Notes: generated by a model not told the origin, from the sequence alone. Counted from the first letter of the stretch, positions 17,608-26,459 are shown. The stretch: DNA of 55,755 bases from Longicatena sp. (GCA_029258245.1 JARHZK010000191.1:1-55755); one strand, 5' to 3'. Numbers and translations are program-made.

Positions 17608-17907
17608 ATGGAAAACAAGAAGTGGGAAAAGCATCAATATATTGATTTACTTCAAAAAAGAAAAGTAGAAGCACATAATAAACAATGGTTATATATCGAA
17701 ATTAATGCAAAAGCGTTATTAGAAGAATGCGAACCTGGGATTCATAATCAAAACGTATGTTGTAAAGCTATGTTAGATAGTATGTTAGAAGGAGATCGTT
17801 TTATTGTTGAACCTAAAAATAGAAGCAAATGTGCAGGAACTTTAACAGTTCGATATTATGTAGATAACTTAAGTCCAGAACGACGTAAATATGCAGAAGT
17901 AAAATAA
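17608..17907 (+). CDS. Hypothetical small protein; stand-alone copy of the Cys-Cys domain found in ORF 7105-7791
   Basis: YIEINAKALLEECEP...VCCKAMLDSMLEGDRFIVEPKN...GTLTVRYYVDNLSPERRKY aligns with FIEINSKELHAEVSP...TCCQAIYKKMLEGDEILQRPKG...SHLTVRYQLHDLEARSRMY. An RBS is present. luxS follows 22 nt downstream. Confidence 0.6.
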   Translation: MENKKWEKHQYIDLLQKRKVEAHNKQWLYIEINAKALLEECEPGIHNQNVCCKAMLDSMLEGDRFIVEPKNRSKCAGTLTVRYYVDNLSPERRKYAEVK

Positions 17908-17929
17908 GAATAAATTTTTGGAGGAAACT

Positions 17930-18397
17930 ATGGAAAAAATAACAAGTTTTTGTATTGATCATGATATCTTAGAGAAAGGCATGTATGTATCAAGAATTGA
18001 TCGCGATATTGTAACCTATGATTTACGTATGGTAGTTCCTAATTGTGGAACATATTTAGAAAATGATGGGTTACATACATTTGAACATTTGTTTGCTACA
18101 TATGTTCGTAATACTAAATATAGTGATGATATTATTTATGCTGGTCCTATGGGGTGTCGAACAGGTTTTTATTTTTTAGTTAGAGATCACATGTCTAATA
18201 AAGAAGTAATTTCACTTGTAAAAGATACAATGAAATTCATTCGTGAATTTGAAGGAGATATTCCAGGAGCACAAGAATCAAAAGAATGTGGAAATTATTT
18301 AGATCATGATTTAGTAAAAGCAAAAACATATGCTAAAGATTATTTTAATGTAATTAAAGATTGGACAGAAGAACAGTTGAAATATCCACAGAAATAA
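17930..18397 (+). CDS. luxS: S-ribosylhomocysteine lyase
   Basis: HTFEHLFATYVRN metal-binding HxxEH motif and GPMGCRTGFY. The length is about 155 aa. The ATG at 17930 follows GGAGGA. Confidence 0.92.
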   Translation: MEKITSFCIDHDILEKGMYVSRIDRDIVTYDLRMVVPNCGTYLENDGLHTFEHLFATYVRNTKYSDDIIYAGPMGCRTGFYFLVRDHMSNKEVISLVKDTMKFIREFEGDIPGAQESKECGNYLDHDLVKAKTYAKDYFNVIKDWTEEQLKYPQK

Positions 18398-18425
18398 TAA
18401 ATATTATTGTTCAAAATATTATATA

Positions 18426-18464
18426 AGAAGTAGAAGTCATAGAAACGACTCTACTTCTTTTTTT
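18426..18464 (+). terminator. Intrinsic terminator of luxS
   Basis: AAGAAGTAGAAGTC-loop-GACTCTACTTCTT followed by T-run. Confidence 0.8.
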
Positions 18465-18487
18465 ATGAGTGATTATGAAAATTGTAA

Positions 18488-18524
18488 AATAAAAAGAAAT
18501 ACTTCAGTAAAATGTTGAAGTATC
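18488..18524 (-). terminator. Intrinsic terminator of the oxidoreductase gene
   Basis: Minus strand ATACTTCA-loop-TGAAGTAT followed by TTCTTTTT. Confidence 0.65.
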
Positions 18525-18551
18525 TCATGAAAAATAAGATATAGGAAGTTT

Positions 18552-19532
18552 TTATTGTTGATCAGCATCAAAGTGAATATTTCCATCTTTTCTTAGTTTT
18601 TCATAGGTTTCCATAACAGATTGGGAATCGTCTAGTTTTTCATAACATGCTTTATAATCTTTATTTTCAAATATAGCTTGGAATTCTTTTAATTCATAAT
18701 ACAGTGCAATATCATTTTGTTTTATAGTCATATCGTTTTCGTTTCCATTGATATAAAATTTTATAGAGGAACATTGGCTAGTTTCAGAATCAATTACAGC
18801 ATAACCTTTTTCTCCTTGAATTTGTGCTAAACAATGACTTTTTGTGTCTTTGCATCCAACGCAAATTGCTTGGAATCCATCATAGTTAAGGATAGCAACA
18901 CCGCTTGTATCAATCCCTTTTTGGATGTTTGGATAATAATGAACATCCTTTGGTTTTCCAAATAATCCAATTACAAAATGCAAATTATAAATATTAATAT
19001 CAGCTAAAGCACCTCCTGAAAAAGAAGGATTGAATATATTTGGAGTTTCACCAGATAAAAATTTATCATAGCGACTAGAGTATTGTGAAAAATTACATTG
19101 TACCATACGGATATTGCCTAAAAGTTGTATGTTCTCTTTTAATTTTATATAGTTTGGCATATGAGAAGTAACAATTGCTTCAAATAAAAATAAATGATGT
19201 TCTTTTGCATAGTTTGATAATGTTAAGAATTCTTTTACTGTAGATGTAAATGGTTTTTCACAAATTACATGTTTTCCATGTTGCATTGCTTGGTATGCAT
19301 ATTTGAAATGTAAATTATTTGGTGATGCAATATAAATAAAGTCAATATCTTTTCTACAAAGCATTTCTTCTAAGTTTTCATAAATATCAGTAATATGATA
19401 TTTTTCAGCAAGTATATGAGCATGTTCTTTTTTTCTAGTATACATTGCAACACAGGATATATTTTTGTTTTGCGAAACTGCATTTAGAAACCAATCTACT
19501 ATAAAACCTGTTCCAATAGTAGCAATTTTCAT
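18552..19532 (-). CDS. Gfo/Idh/MocA-family NAD(P)-dependent oxidoreductase
   Basis: MKIATIGTGFIVDWF Rossmann N-terminus and the EKPF motif (VICEKPFTS). The ATG at 19532 follows AAGGAGGAA. Confidence 0.8.
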   Translation of the reverse strand: MKIATIGTGFIVDWFLNAVSQNKNISCVAMYTRKKEHAHILAEKYHITDIYENLEEMLCRKDIDFIYIASPNNLHFKYAYQAMQHGKHVICEKPFTSTVKEFLTLSNYAKEHHLFLFEAIVTSHMPNYIKLKENIQLLGNIRMVQCNFSQYSSRYDKFLSGETPNIFNPSFSGGALADINIYNLHFVIGLFGKPKDVHYYPNIQKGIDTSGVAILNYDGFQAICVGCKDTKSHCLAQIQGEKGYAVIDSETSQCSSIKFYINGNENDMTIKQNDIALYYELKEFQAIFENKDYKACYEKLDDSQSVMETYEKLRKDGNIHFDADQQ

Positions 19533-19620
19533 AAAAATTCCTCCTTGTATGATATACTTTAAATATAACATATAGTATCGATTTTATTATAAAAGATTTT
19601 GAAACATGAGAGGAGATCGT

Positions 19621-20409
19621 ATGAAAAAATTTAGAGTATTGTTTTTTATTTTTATTATTAGTATGTTTATGATTATGCCTGTTTATGCACGAGCAGGTGG
19701 AGGTGGATCTAGCTCTGGAGGTGGTTCTAGTTCTGGGGGCGGATCAAGTCATTATCCAACAACGCATAATAATTCAACGAGATCAAGCGGATTCAATCTA
19801 TTGAGTATTGGTTTTGTTTTAATTGCATCAAGTGGTGCATATATAGGATTTCGTATAAAAGTTCATAAGAAAAAAAGAGTTAGTATGAAGTTGATTAAAA
19901 AGATTGATGATATGGACGCTGCTTGGGATAAAAATAAATTATTCGCAAGAGTACATGATGTATATTTTGGTGTTCAAGAAGCTTGGATGCAAAAAGATTT
20001 GGAAGCATTAAAAAAATATATAAGTGATTCTTTATATGAAGATTGGAAAACAAAATTAGACTGGATGGACTTAAGAAATGAAAAAAATATATTAGATCGT
20101 GTTAAATTGAAAAATGCGGATATTGTTGGTATATATGATGCAAAAAATAATGATCAAGATATGGTGTGGTTTTGCATTGAGGGGTCAATGGTAGATTATA
20201 TCATGAATTTAGAAACAAGTGAGATCGTTGAGGGAAGCAAAACGGCACAATCTTTTACCGAGTACTGGAAATTTATTCGTAAAGGAAATGAATTTTATTT
20301 AGATGAAGTAAGGCAAAAAGATGAGATGGATATTAATAATTTTATTAATTTAAGTGAGGAGATAAATTATGAAGGTAATGGAAGTAGTTTGTGGAATTCT
20401 AAAAAATGA
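19621..20409 (+). CDS. Tim44-like domain membrane protein
   Basis: A signal/TM segment, a GGGGSSSGGGSSSGGGSS low-complexity tract, a second TM helix, then a C-terminal domain (AWDKNKLFARVHDVYFGVQEAWMQKD...) typical of bacterial Tim44-like proteins. Confidence 0.6.
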   Translation: MKKFRVLFFIFIISMFMIMPVYARAGGGGSSSGGGSSSGGGSSHYPTTHNNSTRSSGFNLLSIGFVLIASSGAYIGFRIKVHKKKRVSMKLIKKIDDMDAAWDKNKLFARVHDVYFGVQEAWMQKDLEALKKYISDSLYEDWKTKLDWMDLRNEKNILDRVKLKNADIVGIYDAKNNDQDMVWFCIEGSMVDYIMNLETSEIVEGSKTAQSFTEYWKFIRKGNEFYLDEVRQKDEMDINNFINLSEEINYEGNGSSLWNSKK

Positions 20410-20764
20410 TGAAGGATATTTGATTGCGAAAAGAGGAAAAGGAATACAGGAAAGTATTTGGGAATTTCCGGGTGGAAAAGTAGAACATAATGAAACAAAT
20501 GAAGAAGCCATCATTCGTGAACTTAAAGAAGAATTAAACTTGGATTGTCGAGTAATTCAATATTTAGGTAGTGTTAAGGATCAAAGAGAGGATGTTTTGA
20601 TTCATGTACATGCGTATGTATGTGAAGAATTAAAAGGAAATTTACTGTTACAAACACATTCAAAAGTAAAAAGAGTAAGTTTAAATGAGTTATATGATTA
20701 TGAATTTGAACCATCGGATATTGAGATTTTAAATGCATTAAAAAAATATGAAAATATAATATGA
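20369..20764 (+). CDS. NUDIX hydrolase (MutT-like)
   Basis: Nudix box GGKVEHNETNEEAIIRELKEELNL. The length is about 130 aa. Confidence 0.85.
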   Translation: MKVMEVVCGILKNDEGYLIAKRGKGIQESIWEFPGGKVEHNETNEEAIIRELKEELNLDCRVIQYLGSVKDQREDVLIHVHAYVCEELKGNLLLQTHSKVKRVSLNELYDYEFEPSDIEILNALKKYENII

Positions 20765-20843
20765 TTGTAAGTTGTATTTTTTAATGAATTCATTATTTTT
20801 ATATGTTACAATATAAATGATGATAGAATAGGAGATGGGTACG

Positions 20844-21167
20844 ATGCAGCATTCTGAAATAGATCTTTTGGAGTTAATTTCTTCTGTAGGACAAGCAAGA
20901 AGTTATTATATAGAAGCAATTCAAGAAGCAAAGAGTAAAAATTATGAAAAGTGTAATGAATTGGTACGTAAAGGAAATGAAATGTATGCAAAAGGACATC
21001 GTATACATCAGTGTATGGTACAAGAAGAGGCAGGGGGAAATAGCATTCCTGTAAGTATACTTTTAACACATGCACAAGATCAATTAATGAGTGCTGAAAG
21101 TTTTAAGATATTATGTGATGAGTTTATTGATTTATATCGAAGAATTGATGAAATGGGGAAAAAATAG
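20844..21167 (+). CDS. PTS lactose/cellobiose-family EIIA component (orphan)
   Basis: LISSVGQARSYYIEAI...AHRIHQ...LLTHAQDQLMSAE three-helix EIIA(Lac/Cel) pattern with the conserved His. No EIIB or EIIC gene is nearby. Confidence 0.75.
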   Translation: MQHSEIDLLELISSVGQARSYYIEAIQEAKSKNYEKCNELVRKGNEMYAKGHRIHQCMVQEEAGGNSIPVSILLTHAQDQLMSAESFKILCDEFIDLYRRIDEMGKK

Positions 21168-21198
21168 TAAGACAAAAGGAGTTGTCTTACTTTTTTTA
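21167..21198 (+). terminator. Intrinsic terminator
   Basis: GTAAGACAA-AAGGAG-TTGTCTTAC followed by T7. Confidence 0.8.
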
Positions 21199-21222
21199 TT
21201 ATTATCTATGTAAATAAAATAA

Positions 21223-21244
21223 GAAGTAAAATTGGAAGTAAAAT
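21223..21244 (+). repeat. Tandem 12-bp-period direct repeat GAAGTAAAAT x2, with a third degenerate copy upstream
   Basis: GAAGTAAAAT at 21223-21232 and at 21235-21244, preceded by GTAAATAAAAT. It lies about 35-55 bp upstream of an extended -10 element, TGCTATAAT. Confidence 0.4.
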
Positions 21245-21359
21245 ACAAAGAATTATTATTAAGTATTAAAAAAACTGTGCTATAATTATTGCCTAGGGAT
21301 AGAAAAAACATAAAACAGAAATGTTTTATTATATATATGCAGAAAGGTAGATATAAACT

Positions 21360-22256
21360 ATGGTTTGCTTTGTGAAGAATCTTCCAAAACATTTTAAAAG
21401 TGCTCTTAAAAATTTAAAACGATATTTAGCTATGAGTATTTCATGTTCATCAGCTGTGATGATTACCTTAGTATTAATGGGTACTTCTATGGTGTTAGCA
21501 GAAAATATAAATTTGTTTACAAAAAATATTGAAAATCATTTGATGATTCATGCATCTATTGATTCTATTGCAGCACCGAAAATGGTGAAAGAAATAAAAA
21601 AAGATATTGAAAAGCAGTCAAGGGTAAAAAGTGTTAAATATTCAAGTAAAGATCAAGAACTTGATATTTTAATTAAAGAAAATGGTTCTGTGTTTGAACG
21701 ATATAGGGAACATAATCCAATGTCTGATGTATTTATTGTAGAGGTAAAAAACGTTAAAGATATTCCAATAGTGACAAAATATTTAAATAATTTAAAGGGT
21801 ATTGAAAAAGCGCAATATGGTGGACAGGGAATTAAAGATATGATTCAAGTTTTTGAATTACTTCGAAAAGGAATTACAATATTTGTGTTAATCATAGGAA
21901 TTCTATCTGTTTTCTTAATTGTGAATACTATCAAGTTAACAATACAGATGCGTAAACAAGAAATTGCAATTATGCGAAATGTTGGCGCAACAAATTCTTA
22001 TATTAAAATGCCTTTTATGTTTGAAGGTATGTTTATTGGAATACTCGCATCTATTATTCCAATTTTATTAACTTTTTTTGGATATACATATTTATATCAA
22101 TATATGGATGGATGTTTTTTCAGTAGTATGTTTACAATGGTAGCTCCAGATCATTTGATTTATCGTATTAGTGTGATTTTGTTATTAAGTGGAATATTCG
22201 TAGGAATATTAAGTAGTTTTTTAGCTACTACAAAATACTTGAGGTGGCGTCGATGA
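21360..22256 (+). CDS. ftsX: FtsX-like permease, copy 1
   Basis: The topology and motifs match the second ftsX at 24353: N-terminal TM, an extracellular ...KYSSKDQELD...VEVKNVKDI... domain, and IAIMRNVGATNSYIKMPFMFEGM. No ftsE gene is adjacent upstream. Confidence 0.8.
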   Translation: MVCFVKNLPKHFKSALKNLKRYLAMSISCSSAVMITLVLMGTSMVLAENINLFTKNIENHLMIHASIDSIAAPKMVKEIKKDIEKQSRVKSVKYSSKDQELDILIKENGSVFERYREHNPMSDVFIVEVKNVKDIPIVTKYLNNLKGIEKAQYGGQGIKDMIQVFELLRKGITIFVLIIGILSVFLIVNTIKLTIQMRKQEIAIMRNVGATNSYIKMPFMFEGMFIGILASIIPILLTFFGYTYLYQYMDGCFFSSMFTMVAPDHLIYRISVILLLSGIFVGILSSFLATTKYLRWRR

Positions 22257-23656
22257 AAATAAAGAAATTAGTAATAGGTATATGCTCTATTGGAATGATT
22301 GTAACTGTTTTTAAAAGTGATGTACAACAAATTTCAGCTAATGATTTTTCAAATACGGATTATTGGTTAGAAAAATGTAGTGTTGCGCAAGAAAATGCAG
22401 CAGAGGCACAAAAATGTAGAGAATTTAAATCTTATTATGCATCTTTAACAGATAAAAAAGAAGATGAAATTGGAAAATTAAATTCCGAAGTTTCTAAAAT
22501 TAAAGATAATGTAGATCAAATCGAAAAAGGTGTAAAAGATATACAAGTAGTAATTGACGATTTACAATCTAAGATTAATATACAACAAAAAAATATTGAT
22601 AAGATTCATATGGAAATGATTCAATTGGATATAAAAATAAAAGCAATAAAAAAAGATATTGATTTACGAGATAAAGTTGTAAAGGATCGCATGATGAATG
22701 AACAAGTGAATATGGGAACGAATATGCAATTGGAAATGATTATGGGTTCGAATGATTTAATTGATATGATCCGTAAAATAGAAGGATTAAAAAAAATTAC
22801 AGAAAGTGATCAAAAAGATATAAAGAAATTATTGAAGGATAAGGAAAAACTCGATTTACAAAAGAAAGAACAACAACGGCTAGAAACAGATGCAAAAGAG
22901 AAGCAGGCGGAAATACAGAAGAAAAAAGAAACAGCTGAAAAAATGAAAAAAGAACAAGAACGATTAGTCAATGCATATCGCTTAAAAGAAGCAGAATTAA
23001 ATGAAAAAATGCGTTCAGCAAAAGCGGATATTTCAACGATAAGAAATAATATGATTAATATTAATACTTCTGTTATGGATAATATTAAGGATGAAAATTT
23101 CACAAGTGGAGATTTGCTAAGACCTGTTCGTTCTGGAGTAAAAAGTGCAGGAACATGGTATTATCCTGGTGGAGGTTTACATTTAGGTTTAGATTATGCT
23201 GCTCCAATTGGAACACCAGTAGTAGCACCAGCAGATGGAATTATTCTTTATGCATCGAATCCATATAGTTCGAATAATGGATTTTTAGGAAATTATATTG
23301 GGCATCCAAGTGGGGCAGGAAATAGTATTCAGTATTTAACACAAGTAAATGGAACAACGTATGCAATCAGTATGTTCCATTTGGCACAAGAAGGATTTAT
23401 AGCAACACCAGGAGCTAAATTTAAACAAGGTGATGTCATTGCAAGAACTGGAAATAGCGGAAATACAAGTGGTCCACATTGTCATATGGAAGTCATCAAT
23501 TTAGGACATATGAGCATGAGTGATGCAATACAAAGATTTAATGCATCAGGAGCAGATTTTGCATGGGGTACAGGCTGGGGTAATTCAGCATTAGGAAGAA
23601 CATGTAGTGTGAGTGGTGCACCATGTAGGGAGCGACCAGAAGAAGTCTTCAGATAA
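22253..23656 (+). CDS. Coiled-coil M23 (LytM-domain) peptidoglycan hydrolase, EnvC/PcsB-like
   Basis: A signal peptide, a long Lys/Glu-rich coiled coil, and a C-terminal LytM domain with HLGLDYAAPIGTPV and GPHCHMEV metal ligands. The start overlaps the ftsX-1 stop (ATGA). Confidence 0.85.
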   Translation: MKIKKLVIGICSIGMIVTVFKSDVQQISANDFSNTDYWLEKCSVAQENAAEAQKCREFKSYYASLTDKKEDEIGKLNSEVSKIKDNVDQIEKGVKDIQVVIDDLQSKINIQQKNIDKIHMEMIQLDIKIKAIKKDIDLRDKVVKDRMMNEQVNMGTNMQLEMIMGSNDLIDMIRKIEGLKKITESDQKDIKKLLKDKEKLDLQKKEQQRLETDAKEKQAEIQKKKETAEKMKKEQERLVNAYRLKEAELNEKMRSAKADISTIRNNMININTSVMDNIKDENFTSGDLLRPVRSGVKSAGTWYYPGGGLHLGLDYAAPIGTPVVAPADGIILYASNPYSSNNGFLGNYIGHPSGAGNSIQYLTQVNGTTYAISMFHLAQEGFIATPGAKFKQGDVIARTGNSGNTSGPHCHMEVINLGHMSMSDAIQRFNASGADFAWGTGWGNSALGRTCSVSGAPCRERPEEVFR

Positions 23657-23670
23657 AGAGGTATGATAAC

Positions 23671-24360
23671 ATGATTGAATTAAAAAATGTATCAAAAAAA
23701 TATAAAAACGGAGTGCATGCATTACGAGATGTAACACTTGCTATAGAAGATGGTGAATTTGTATATATCATTGGACCAACAGGTAGTGGGAAATCGACGT
23801 TAATCAAATTATTAGATGGTGAAGAAGTCCCTACAGAAGGAAGCGTTATTGTTGAAGGCGTAGATGTTGGAAAATTAAGACACTCTAAAGTTCCACTATA
23901 TCGTAGAAATATTGGCGTAGTGTTTCAAGATTTTCGACTATTACCAAAGCTAACTGTATTTGAAAACATTGCTTTTGCGTTAGAAGTAATTGGAATGAAT
24001 AAAGTTGATATTCGCCATCGTGTAAGAAAAGTATTAGAATTAGTATCTTTAGAAGATAAAGCAAAGTCTTTTCCAAATGAATTGTCTGGTGGTCAACAGC
24101 AAAGAGCAACTATTGGAAGAGCTATTGCGAATCATCCAAAAGTATTAATTGCAGATGAACCAACAGGAAACCTTGATCCACAAATGTCCGCAGAAATTAT
24201 GGAATTACTAGAAAAAATAAATGAAGTTGAGAAAACAACTATTTTGATGGTAACTCATGATTCTACAATTGTAGATCGATTTAAAAAAAGAACAATTTGT
24301 TTAGAAGAGGGATATGTTGTAGGAGATATTATGAAAGGAGGCTATATAAAGCGTGACTAA
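23671..24360 (+). CDS. ftsE: Cell-division ABC ATPase FtsE
   Basis: Walker A GPTGSGKST, signature LSGGQQQR, Walker B LIADEPTGNLD. A MIELKNVSKKY start is typical of FtsE. Confidence 0.9.
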   Translation: MIELKNVSKKYKNGVHALRDVTLAIEDGEFVYIIGPTGSGKSTLIKLLDGEEVPTEGSVIVEGVDVGKLRHSKVPLYRRNIGVVFQDFRLLPKLTVFENIAFALEVIGMNKVDIRHRVRKVLELVSLEDKAKSFPNELSGGQQQRATIGRAIANHPKVLIADEPTGNLDPQMSAEIMELLEKINEVEKTTILMVTHDSTIVDRFKKRTICLEEGYVVGDIMKGGYIKRD

Positions 24361-25255
24361 GTTTTTTAAGGCACTGCCAAGACTTATAAAGACAGCTTTC
24401 TATAGTTTAATTCGACATCTTGCAATGGCAATGACGGCATCTAGTGTAGTAGCAATTACATTAACAGTTTTATCATTGTTTTTAATATTAGCAGGGAACA
24501 TTGAAGTAGTTACCGATTCTATTCAACAAGATTTACAAATTCATGTGGTATTAAAATCTGATGTTACAGCAGAAAAAGAATTAAAAGATAGCAAAGAAGC
24601 AATTGAAAATATTAAAAATGTAAAAAAAGTAAAATTTTCAAATAAAGATCAAGAATTAGAATTAATGATAAAAGAGCGTGGAGATGCATTTAAAATATAT
24701 AATGGAGAAAGAAACCCACTTTCAAATGGATATTTTGTATCGGTAAAGAATGTAAAAGAAATCAAGGAAACAACAGAAGCGATAAAAAAATTAGATATGA
24801 TTAAAGATGCAAAATATGGCGGAACAAGTGTTTCAAAATTAGTTTCGGTTTTAGACGCAGTGCATAGTGGTGGAATTATATTTATAGGATTATTGTCGTT
24901 ATTAGCAATTTTCTTAATCGCAAATGCGATTAAGTTAACAATTTATGCGAGATCAAATGAAATAGCAATTATGAGAAATGTAGGCGCTATGAACTGGTAT
25001 ATAAAAGTTCCATTTATGATTGAAGGTATGTTAATTGGCCTTATTGGATCTATTGTGCCATGTTTTATTACATATTTTGGATATCAATATATTTATGAAT
25101 TATTCGGTGGAAGATTAGAATATACAATGTTTGAATTAATTCCATCAATTCCATTTACATTCAAAATTTGTGGAATATTAATTGTTGGTTCTATGCTTGT
25201 AGGTTTGATTGGCAGTATGTTTGCAACAAATAAACATTTAAAGGTAAATCGATAG
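24353..25255 (+). CDS. ftsX: FtsX permease, copy 2
   Basis: The GTG start overlaps the ftsE stop. KFSNKDQELE...VSVKNVKEI... and IAIMRNVGAMNWYIKVPFMIEGM motifs. Clearly a paralog of copy 1. Confidence 0.85.
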   Translation: MTKFFKALPRLIKTAFYSLIRHLAMAMTASSVVAITLTVLSLFLILAGNIEVVTDSIQQDLQIHVVLKSDVTAEKELKDSKEAIENIKNVKKVKFSNKDQELELMIKERGDAFKIYNGERNPLSNGYFVSVKNVKEIKETTEAIKKLDMIKDAKYGGTSVSKLVSVLDAVHSGGIIFIGLLSLLAIFLIANAIKLTIYARSNEIAIMRNVGAMNWYIKVPFMIEGMLIGLIGSIVPCFITYFGYQYIYELFGGRLEYTMFELIPSIPFTFKICGILIVGSMLVGLIGSMFATNKHLKVNR

Positions 25256-25256
25256 T

Positions 25257-26039
25257 ATGAATAGAAAAGTATTATTTTTTGATTATGATGGAACATTAAT
25301 CTGTAATGAAACCAAAGAAATGACAACAGAAACAAAACATGCATTGCAACAAGTAAAACAAAATGGACATTTGTTGTTTTTGAATACTGGAAGAACAAAA
25401 GCAATTTTAGATGAACAAGTGGATGCATTGAATTTGGAGGGTTTTATTTTAGGATGCGGAAGTTATATTGAATATCAAAACGAGTTATTGTATGAAATTA
25501 AAATACCAGATAAAATAAAAAAAGAATTCGTTAATAAAACAAAAGAATATCATATTGATGCTTTTTTTGAAGGAACAAATTCTTTATATATTACACATAA
25601 TATTCAATCTCCTAGATTGTTGAAAATTATCAAACAGTATAAACGTGAACATGTAGATATTCAATATATAGAAGAATTAAAAGATGATGTAGTGAAGATG
25701 TTTATATGTTTTCAGGATTTACAATATGAAGAAGTATTTCAACAATGGGTAAAAAAATATTTTGAATATATCGATCGTGGAAGACATTGCGTAGAATTAG
25801 TTTTAAAAGGAAATTCAAAAGCTACAGGAATTCAAAAAGTGATAAACTATTTAAATATATCCAAAGAAGATTGTTATGTATTTGGAGACAGCAATAATGA
25901 CTTGCCAATGTTTCAGTATATTGAGAATAGTGCTTTGTTAGGAAATGAAGAAAGCTTAAAATCTAAAGTTAAATTTGTTTGTAGAAAAACAGAAGAAAAT
26001 GGGCTTGTAGAAGCATTAGAAAAATTTAATTTGTTATAA
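25257..26039 (+). CDS. Cof-type HAD-IIB phosphatase
   Basis: FFDYDGTL motif I, NTGR motif II, and GDSNNDLPMF motif IV. Confidence 0.85.
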   Translation: MNRKVLFFDYDGTLICNETKEMTTETKHALQQVKQNGHLLFLNTGRTKAILDEQVDALNLEGFILGCGSYIEYQNELLYEIKIPDKIKKEFVNKTKEYHIDAFFEGTNSLYITHNIQSPRLLKIIKQYKREHVDIQYIEELKDDVVKMFICFQDLQYEEVFQQWVKKYFEYIDRGRHCVELVLKGNSKATGIQKVINYLNISKEDCYVFGDSNNDLPMFQYIENSALLGNEESLKSKVKFVCRKTEENGLVEALEKFNLL

Positions 26040-26062
26040 AAACCGACATTTGTCGGTTTTTA
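26039..26062 (+). terminator. Intrinsic terminator
   Basis: AACCGACA-TT-TGTCGGTT followed by TTT. Confidence 0.75.
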
Positions 26063-26263
26063 TGTATTTTATACTCTATAAATGCAAGATACTTAAATTT
26101 ATTGAGTAATACTAGATATAAATTTAAGGTTATATTTAATAAAGATGAAAGAAATTGTATATACTAAAAATGGATATATAGTTATTAATTAGAATGCTAA
26201 AGTATTGCATGTGAATTATTTTAGATTTATGAGTTTCATTGAATGAATTTACTCTTAATAGGA

Positions 26264-26292
26264 TTGTAAATAAAAATGAAATAAAGTAAAAT
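26264..26292 (+). promoter_or_regulatory. Putative promoter of the riboswitch-purD-fhs unit
   Basis: TTGTAA (26264-26269), a 17-nt spacer, then TAAAAT (26287-26292). Confidence 0.45.
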
Positions 26293-26304
26293 AGAAGAGG
26301 ATAA

Positions 26305-26437
26305 CCTTGTATAGAATCTAAATTGGTAGATTCGTCTCTACCCGCTAACCGTAAATAAGCGGACTACAAGGAATCTTTTGACTAGCTTTATTTTTGTCAT
26401 GGAGATTCCTTATGGGATTTTTATGACTTTTTTATTT
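26305..26437 (+). promoter_or_regulatory. Purine riboswitch, guanine class, with terminator expression platform
   Basis: Aptamer 26305-26371. P1 is CCTTGTA/TACAAGG. P2 is GAATCTA-AATTGG-TAGATTC. J2/3 is GTCTCTACC. P3 has an ACCGTAAAT loop. A C precedes the 3' strand of P1 (GGACTACAAGG), which indicates guanine specificity. AGATTCCTT (26403-26411) can pair either with AAGGAATCT (26369-26377) or within the terminator hairpin 26396-26427, which is followed by T6ATTTT. Confidence 0.9.
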
Positions 26438-26459
26438 TAGAAGAAGGGAACAGAAAAAA

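Noticed and set aside
19690-19750. GGGGSSSGGGSSSGGGSS-encoding tract in the Tim44-like gene, considered as a slipped-strand phase-variation repeat
   Set aside because: The nucleotide units are not identical because synonymous codons vary, and the repeat unit preserves the frame. It is more likely a flexible linker than a contingency locus.
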